Source: a bacterium (GTDB taxonomy: Bacteria > Hydrothermota > 32-111). Taken from it: 44,563 bases of DNA. Location: contig JBFXGO010000019.1 in assembly GCA_050239825.1 (NCBI GenBank), positions 1 to 44,563 of the forward strand, in the 5' to 3' direction. Shown piece after piece: positions 39,540 through 44,563 of this stretch; positions within the stretch are counted from its first letter, which is position 1, and every line of letters begins with the position of its first letter. The notes under the pieces are model-generated. The model made no database searches and was not told the origin of the DNA. It worked only from the letters and a program-made list of their open reading frames with translations. The position numbers and the translations under genes were made by a program.

Positions 39540-39729
39540 GAGACTTGTCAAGGAAGTTGTGTAAAGAGGGATTAGTATTCATAAGGGAGTTCTCCAAAGA
39601 GATTAACGAAGGATTGGCGGAGGTAATATAATTTAGCAATGATTTTAGGATAACCGTTTTTTTATTCAGGTAACGGATATAAATATTAATGAAGAGGATA
39701 TCTTCGGATTGGAAGAATCTGCCCTTTTG
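39540..39729 (-). mobile_element. IS256-family remnant: frameshifted transposase C-terminus plus right end
   Basis: Minus strand QKGRFFQSEDILFINIYIRYLN / KKNGYPKIIAKLYYLRQSFVNLFGELPYEY*, then TTTACACAACTTCCTTGACAAGTCTC. Confidence 0.7.
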
Positions 39730-39789
39730 CTATCGCAAAGTATGGTGTGAAATATAATCGTGACCATTACAATACTATTATGCAAACTT

Positions 39790-39819
39790 CTTGACAAAGT
39801 GGGCGCAATATGATGTAAT
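39790..39819 (+). promoter_or_regulatory. Promoter TTGACA-N17-TGTAAT with the -35 inside an IS3-end-like relic
   Basis: CTTGACAAAGTGGGCGCAATA resembles the IS end CTTGACAAAGTGGATGCAGTA at 44459. Confidence 0.5.
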
Positions 39820-39897
39820 TAAAATGATTAATAAAAAGGAGATGGTTTTGAAAAAGAAATTAGAAGGAGTATTTATACAATTTAAACAGGAGGGATT

Positions 39898-42636
39898 GTG
39901 AAAAAAGTTATTTTCATTATCATTATTATTGTTTCAGCATTGTTTGTTTTTGCTTCAAATGAGAGACCATTCAGAGAAGAGGATATGCTTCTTGCTAACT
40001 TTGAACAACCTGAAGATAACAATCAACCCAACTGGGCGACAGATAGTTTGAATGTAAGGGGAGTAGGAATTTATCCTTTCTTTGGAGATGCAACTGATGT
40101 TTTCATCGTAGATACATTAGCATATTCTTGTATGAGTAATTATTTAGTAGTGTTAAATGTTAAGGACAAAGCAAATCCTTTTTTGGTAAGTTATTTTAGT
40201 TTACCGGGTTATGCAAGGGGTGTCTATGTTTCAGGCAGTTATGCCTATGTTGCTGATGAGGCTTATGGTTTACAGATAATAGATATCTCAAATCCTTCAA
40301 GCCCAACCCTTGCAGGTAGCTATGATACACCGGGGCTTGCATTGGGTGTCTTTGTTTCAGGCAGTTATGCCTATGTTGCTGATGATGCTTGTGGTTTACA
40401 GATAATAGATATCTCAAATCCTTCAAGCCCAACCCTTAAAGGGGGCTATGATACACCGGAGAGTGCAAGGGGTGTCTATGTTTCAGGCAGTTATGCCTAT
40501 GTTGCTGATTATTATTCTGGTTTACAGATAATAGATATCTCAAATCCTTCAAGCCCAACCCTTGCAGGGAGCTATGATACACCGGGCCGTGCAAGGGGTG
40601 TCTATGTTTCAGGAGATTATGCCTATGTTGCTGATTATTATTCTGGTTTACAGATAATCAACATCTCCGACCCCACAAGCCCAACCTTTACAGGAAGCTA
40701 TGATACACCGGAGAGTGCATGGGGTGTCTATGTTTCAGGCAGTTATGCCTATGTTGCCGATTATTATGATGGTTTACAGATAATAGATATCTCAAATCCT
40801 TCAAGCCCAACCCTTGCAGGTAGCTATAATACACCGGGTTATGCTGAGGGTGTCTATGTTTCAGGCAGTTATGCCTATGTTGCTGATGATGCTTGTGGTT
40901 TACAGATAATAGATATCTCAAATCCTTCAAGCCCAACCCTAACAGGGAGCTATGATACACCGGATTATGCAAGGGGTGTCTATGTTTCGGGCAGTTATGC
41001 CTATGTTGCCGATTCTTATGATGGTTTACAGATAATAGATATCTCAAATCCTTCAAGCCCAACCCTAACAGGGAGCTATGATACACCGGGGATTGCATGG
41101 GGTGTCTATGTTTCAGGAGATTATGCCTATGTTGCTGATTATGATCGTGGTTTACAGATAATAGATATCTCAAATCCTTCAAGCCCAACCCTTACAGGGA
41201 GCTATGATACACCGGGGAGTGCATGGGGTGTCTATGTTTCAGGAGATTATGCCTATGTTGCTGATTATGATTATGGTTTACATATAATCAACATCTCTGA
41301 CCCCACAAGCCCAACCCTAACAGTGAGCTATGATACACCGGGTTATGCTTATGATGTCTATGTTTCAGGAGATTATGCCTATGTTGCTGATTATGATTAT
41401 GGTTTACAGATAATCAACATCTCTGACCCCACAAGCCCAACCCTAACAGGGAGCTATGATACACCGGGTTATGCTTATGATGTCTATGTCTCAGGAGATT
41501 ATGCCTATGTTGCTGATTATTATTCATGTTTACAGATAATCAACATCTCTGACCCCACAAGCCCAACCCTTGCAGGTAGCTATGATACACCGGGGCTTAC
41601 TGAGGGTGTCTATGTCTCAGGAGATTATGCCTATGTTGCTGATTATGGTTTACAGATAATAGATATCTCAAATCCGTCAAGCCCAACCCTTGCAGGTAGC
41701 TATGATACACCGGGTTATGCTTATGATGTCTATGTTTCAGGCAGTTATGTGTATGTTGCTGATGAAAGCGCATTATATATTTTAGAGTTTGTTTCCGACT
41801 CTACTTTTCCAAGCGCATTTAACCTCATCTCACCGATAGGCAATATAACAGATGACACACCCACATACCTATGGAATAAATCTTATGATGATTATTTTAC
41901 CAATTACAAACTCTATGTAAACGACACATTGAAAGCGACGATAACAGATACGACATGGACTCAACCGACGGGACTGACAGATGGCCAGTATGTGTGGTAT
42001 GTAATTGCATCTGACTCTGCAGGCAACACAACACAATCAACGCAGAGAGATACATTCTATCTTGATGCAGTTTTACCTACACCACCTGTACTTTTGAGCC
42101 CTGCGAATGGCACTAATGAAACAGTGCTGAACGCACTAATCTGGAGGAAGTCGACAGATGCGTATCCCGGAATAAGCGGATATAAGGTACAGATAGATGA
42201 GGACTCACTCTTTGGAAGCCCGGACAGTGTATTGACAGCTGACACGAGCTATACACCTGTGTTAACGGAGGGGAGATACTATTGGCGTGTGAAGGCGATA
42301 AACCTGTTCAGCCATGAGAGCGAATGGAGTGCGATGTGGAGCTTTGTTTATGACACTAATCCTACAGGAATAGCAGAGAAGTATCTTGATGAGAAGAGGG
42401 TAATACCTGATAGGACTGAAGTGATAGTGACAATGACTGAGGTCAGATACACGAATACTGCAATGGAGAACATTTTTGCGGTTTATGACATCACAGGCAA
42501 TGTTATGCATAGCGAAGTGAACATCAGGACAGGCAAGCACAGCTACTCAACAGAACACCTTTCATCAGGCATATACTTCATAAGATTCAGAGACGGAGAG
42601 AGACAGATAAACAGAAAGATGGTGATAATAAGGTAG
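39898..42636 (+). CDS. Secreted LVIVD-repeat beta-propeller protein with FN3/Ig-like domains and a T9SS-type C-terminal domain
   Basis: GTG start with SD; signal peptide; 42-aa repeats YAYVAD...GLQIIDISNPSSP; YYWRVKA; VYDITG...SGIYFIR...KMVIIR. Confidence 0.92.
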   Translation: MKKVIFIIIIIVSALFVFASNERPFREEDMLLANFEQPEDNNQPNWATDSLNVRGVGIYPFFGDATDVFIVDTLAYSCMSNYLVVLNVKDKANPFLVSYFSLPGYARGVYVSGSYAYVADEAYGLQIIDISNPSSPTLAGSYDTPGLALGVFVSGSYAYVADDACGLQIIDISNPSSPTLKGGYDTPESARGVYVSGSYAYVADYYSGLQIIDISNPSSPTLAGSYDTPGRARGVYVSGDYAYVADYYSGLQIINISDPTSPTFTGSYDTPESAWGVYVSGSYAYVADYYDGLQIIDISNPSSPTLAGSYNTPGYAEGVYVSGSYAYVADDACGLQIIDISNPSSPTLTGSYDTPDYARGVYVSGSYAYVADSYDGLQIIDISNPSSPTLTGSYDTPGIAWGVYVSGDYAYVADYDRGLQIIDISNPSSPTLTGSYDTPGSAWGVYVSGDYAYVADYDYGLHIINISDPTSPTLTVSYDTPGYAYDVYVSGDYAYVADYDYGLQIINISDPTSPTLTGSYDTPGYAYDVYVSGDYAYVADYYSCLQIINISDPTSPTLAGSYDTPGLTEGVYVSGDYAYVADYGLQIIDISNPSSPTLAGSYDTPGYAYDVYVSGSYVYVADESALYILEFVSDSTFPSAFNLISPIGNITDDTPTYLWNKSYDDYFTNYKLYVNDTLKATITDTTWTQPTGLTDGQYVWYVIASDSAGNTTQSTQRDTFYLDAVLPTPPVLLSPANGTNETVLNALIWRKSTDAYPGISGYKVQIDEDSLFGSPDSVLTADTSYTPVLTEGRYYWRVKAINLFSHESEWSAMWSFVYDTNPTGIAEKYLDEKRVIPDRTEVIVTMTEVRYTNTAMENIFAVYDITGNVMHSEVNIRTGKHSYSTEHLSSGIYFIRFRDGERQINRKMVIIR
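40204..41763 (+). repeat. Intragenic tandem repeat, 126-bp unit, 12 full copies (the 12th is 120 bp) plus a partial copy
   Basis: Units start at 40204, 40330 ... 41590, 41710. Confidence 0.95.
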
Positions 42637-42673
42637 AACACAAAAAAGGTAAAAGAGAAAGCAGTTTTCCCGC

Positions 42674-42713
42674 AGAGGGCGGTTTAAGTTTAAAAGCCGC
42701 CCTCTCTCTTTTT
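42674..42713 (+). terminator. Probable terminator of the LVIVD gene
   Basis: AGAGGGCGG...CCGCCCTCT followed by CTCTTTTT; the right arm lies within the IS256 remnant. Confidence 0.55.
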
Positions 42714-42880
42714 CCCCCGAGGTGTTCCAAGTCCCCGCTCAATATACCCATTAGCATAATCATCATTACTTGACAGATATATCTCTCGCTCACTCTTCAT
42801 TATTCGGTTCAATATCTCCTTCTCATTAATCTTATTATATACCACTCCTATTGATTTCACACAACTTTTATTATACTCCC
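42690..42880 (-). mobile_element. IS256-family remnant: left end plus transposase N-terminal fragment
   Basis: GGGAGTATAATAAAAGTTGTGTGAA end, then EILNRIMKSEREIYLSSNDDYANGYIERGLGTPRGKKREGGF* (IS256 NGY.R.L.T..G...REG.F motif). Confidence 0.75.
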
Positions 42881-43251
42881 TAGCAATGATTTTAGGATAA
42901 CCGTTTTTTTATTTAGGTAACGGATATAAATATTAATGAAAACGGAGTAATTCAGCGAGACTGGCATCAAGTATGTGATATAGATACTATCAAATATCCT
43001 AATTAATCAAGAAACGAGACAAGATTTGGTGATCATCTTTAAGAATATCATTATAAAAATAATTCAGATGTATGAATTTTTCGATAAATATTAATATATA
43101 TTTAATCTCCTTCCGTTCGCCTTGAAATATTAAATTATTTTAGCACGAAAGACACAAAATGCAAAAAAAAAATAGTTACGATGATAGATGCTTCACTGTA
43201 GAGATAATCAGTGAGTAGTTCAGCAAGACGGAATAGTAGGCTGGTAGAAAA

Positions 43252-43542
43252 TCAGTTACTTGAAAGAGAATATATTTCAGAGAGTTCCTTTTCAAAACGC
43301 AGTTTTGCATCTTCAAGATCATAATCAGACTGTAAGCCAAGCCAAAACTCAGGAGAAGTTCCAAAATACTTTGAAAACTTCAATGCTGTTTCAGGAGTCA
43401 CGGAGCGTTTTCCCTTGATTATCTCGGAGACCCTTGTCTGTGACATTTTGGTATCTTTTGCCAGTTTATAGGGACTCAGATTCAAAGGTTTAAGAAATTC
43501 CTCCGAAAGTATTTCGCCCGGATGAATGTTTTTAAGTTTCAT
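43252..43542 (-). CDS. higA: HigA-family antitoxin
   Basis: IHPGEILSEEFL, HTH, FGTSPEFWLGLQ..YDL. Confidence 0.93.
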   Translation of the reverse strand: MKLKNIHPGEILSEEFLKPLNLSPYKLAKDTKMSQTRVSEIIKGKRSVTPETALKFSKYFGTSPEFWLGLQSDYDLEDAKLRFEKELSEIYSLSSN

Positions 43543-43551
43543 ATTTACTCC

Positions 43552-43832
43552 TCAGTGGTAATCTGTTAATTCAACTTCGAAAGCATTACCGGTCTGCAAA
43601 TGAAGCATATTCTCCATCTGTCATTTACTCTGATGCTGTAAACGCCTTTTTTATCCCCCTTCAGTTTTTCGAGTTTGTTTGAAGGAGGAACCATCAGGTC
43701 GTTTAATGAATGAGAGTTGTTTATCATTCTTAATTTCCTTCTGACGATATGCTGTAGTTCATTTGAATAACCTTTGACTCTTTCACCGTGATATATTTTT
43801 TCCGTTTTACTATCGTTAAACGATACTATCAT
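43552..43832 (-). pseudogene. higB: HigB-family toxin with a 1-bp frameshift near 43597
   Basis: MIVSF...PPSNKLEKLKG...YSIRVNDRWRICF; the canonical tail QTGNAFEVELTDYH* lies in another frame ending at 43552. Confidence 0.85.
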
Positions 43833-43838
43833 TTAGTT

Positions 43839-43867
43839 ATAGTAACACGAAGAGGATTTTTTGTCAA
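43839..43867 (-). promoter_or_regulatory. higBA promoter TTGACA-N17-(TGn)TACTAT, leaderless
   Basis: The -10 ends 6 nt before ATG 43832; no SD. Confidence 0.65.
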
Positions 43868-44295
43868 GAGACACATTGGATAACTCTTTTTGCAAAGATG
43901 CGGTTAAAGAGGCATTGTGTCTTTATGGTCAGCCTGAAGTATTTAATACTGATCAGGGTTCTCAGTATACGGCAAATGACTTTACAAAGATACTTGAAGA
44001 TAAGAAGATAAAGATAAGCATGGACGGCAAGGGGCGTGCTGTGGATAATATCTTCATAGAGCGGTTATGGCGTACCGTTAAATATGAACATGCTTACATC
44101 TGGAGGTTTGATACGATTAAGGAGCTAAGAGAAGGACTAAAAGATTACTTTGATTATTATAACAATAAAAGAGAGCATCAATCATTGGGATACAAAACTC
44201 CATCTGAAGTTTATGGAGGTATTACGAATGTTCAAACAGCTTAACAATAAACACAATTTATCAAAATCTCGTGTCTTGACAAGAGAGCCATTATC
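43868..44295 (+). mobile_element. Truncated IS3-family element (integrase-core C-terminal part and probable right end)
   Basis: FNTDQGSQYT, SMDGKGRAVDNIFIERLWRTVKYE, YYN..R.HQSLGY.TP; end GTGTCTTGACAAGAGAGCCATTATC. Confidence 0.85.
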
Positions 44296-44481
44296 GTTTA
44301 AGTATGAAGAAGCGTTTGATAAGTTTATCGGGTTTTATAATGAAGAGTATCCGCACAGTAAGTTAAAGTATCAGAGTCCGAATTACTTCAATAGAACTTA
44401 CTGCGAACAAGAGGATATCTCTTCACATCAATCAGCTCTTGCTCTAACTAATTAATGGCTTGACAAAGTGGATGCAGTACA
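44296..44481 (+). mobile_element. Second IS3-family (IS150-like) remnant: transposase tail and right inverted repeat
   Basis: FIGFYNEEYPHSKLKYQSP; the end reads TGTACTGCATCCACTTTGTCAAG on the minus strand. Confidence 0.75.
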
Positions 44482-44552
44482 TTAAAATCAATTTGATGAA
44501 AGCGGAAATATATGTTAATGTTTTTGAAACTTTAACCTAAAGGAGGAATAAT

Positions 44553-44563
44553 ATGGAAAGGAA
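44553..44563 (+). CDS. Start of a gene running off the window
   Basis: SD AAGGAGG followed by ATG GAA AGG. Confidence 0.5.

Larger units (their letters stand above)
39634..42940 (+). repeat. 60-bp direct repeat (39634-39693 and 42881-42940)
   Basis: TAGCAATGATTTTAGGATAACCG...TATTAATGAA, one mismatch. Confidence 0.92.

Noticed and set aside
40196..41188. Antisense His-rich repeat ORFs
   Set aside because: Shadows of the tandem repeat on the opposite strand
40204..41763. CRISPR array
   Set aside because: The units are in-frame 126-bp coding repeats without unique spacers, and there are no cas genes
42587..42793. 68-aa minus-strand ORF
   Set aside because: Wrong frame; the IS256-like peptide is in a neighbouring frame
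39898..42940. Diversity-generating retroelement acting on the LVIVD repeats
   Set aside because: No reverse transcriptase or adenine-rich template repeat in the window, and the variation is not demonstrably adenine-specific; a trans-acting element cannot be excluded
39634..42940. 60-bp repeats as prophage/ICE attL-attR sites
   Set aside because: They translate as part of an IS256 transposase C-terminus; no integrase or tRNA is nearby
42941..43860. Integron cassette array (higBA is common in integrons)
   Set aside because: No convincing attC (RYYYAAC...GTTRRRY hairpin) and no intI seen
44150..44455. 101-aa ORF as a real gene
   Set aside because: It is a chimera of the off-frame first IS remnant and the tail of a second transposase
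1..44563. rRNA, tRNA or riboswitch
   Set aside because: No recognisable structure in the intergenic gaps by eye; an Infernal/tRNAscan-SE run would be needed to exclude them formally

Overview
Chromosomal window from an AT-rich, probably anaerobic diderm bacterium; T9SS-type sorting tails and an OmpA protein suggest an FCB-related lineage such as WOR-3/TA06 (inference). Left to right it holds: (1) a secreted T9SS-tail protein; (2) a soluble-adenylyl-cyclase-like double-cyclase/STAND/TPR protein with a hybrid histidine kinase and a CGGC protein; (3) a DUF134 / NifB-NifX / DUF5320 / ferredoxin-ATPase / Mrp metallocluster locus whose two promoters carry the same perfect palindrome TTAGCATATGCTAA, preceded by a 272-bp segment bounded by 20-bp inverted repeats; (4) an OmpA-family protein, ogt, a peroxiredoxin with a PerR-like box, and panD-lipA-mrp2-TIM barrel-map-M18 peptidase; (5) a Wzx/Wzy-type polysaccharide locus with a tandem double GT4 and a glycerol-phosphate-dehydrogenase-like gene; (6) a B12 radical SAM gene; (7) a mobile-element graveyard. 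In the last region a secreted LVIVD beta-propeller gene with hypervariable 126-bp repeats sits between the two ends of a hollowed-out IS256 element, followed by higA, a frameshifted higB and two IS3-family remnants. No rRNA, tRNA or CRISPR array was seen. All family calls come from motif recognition by eye, not from database searches.
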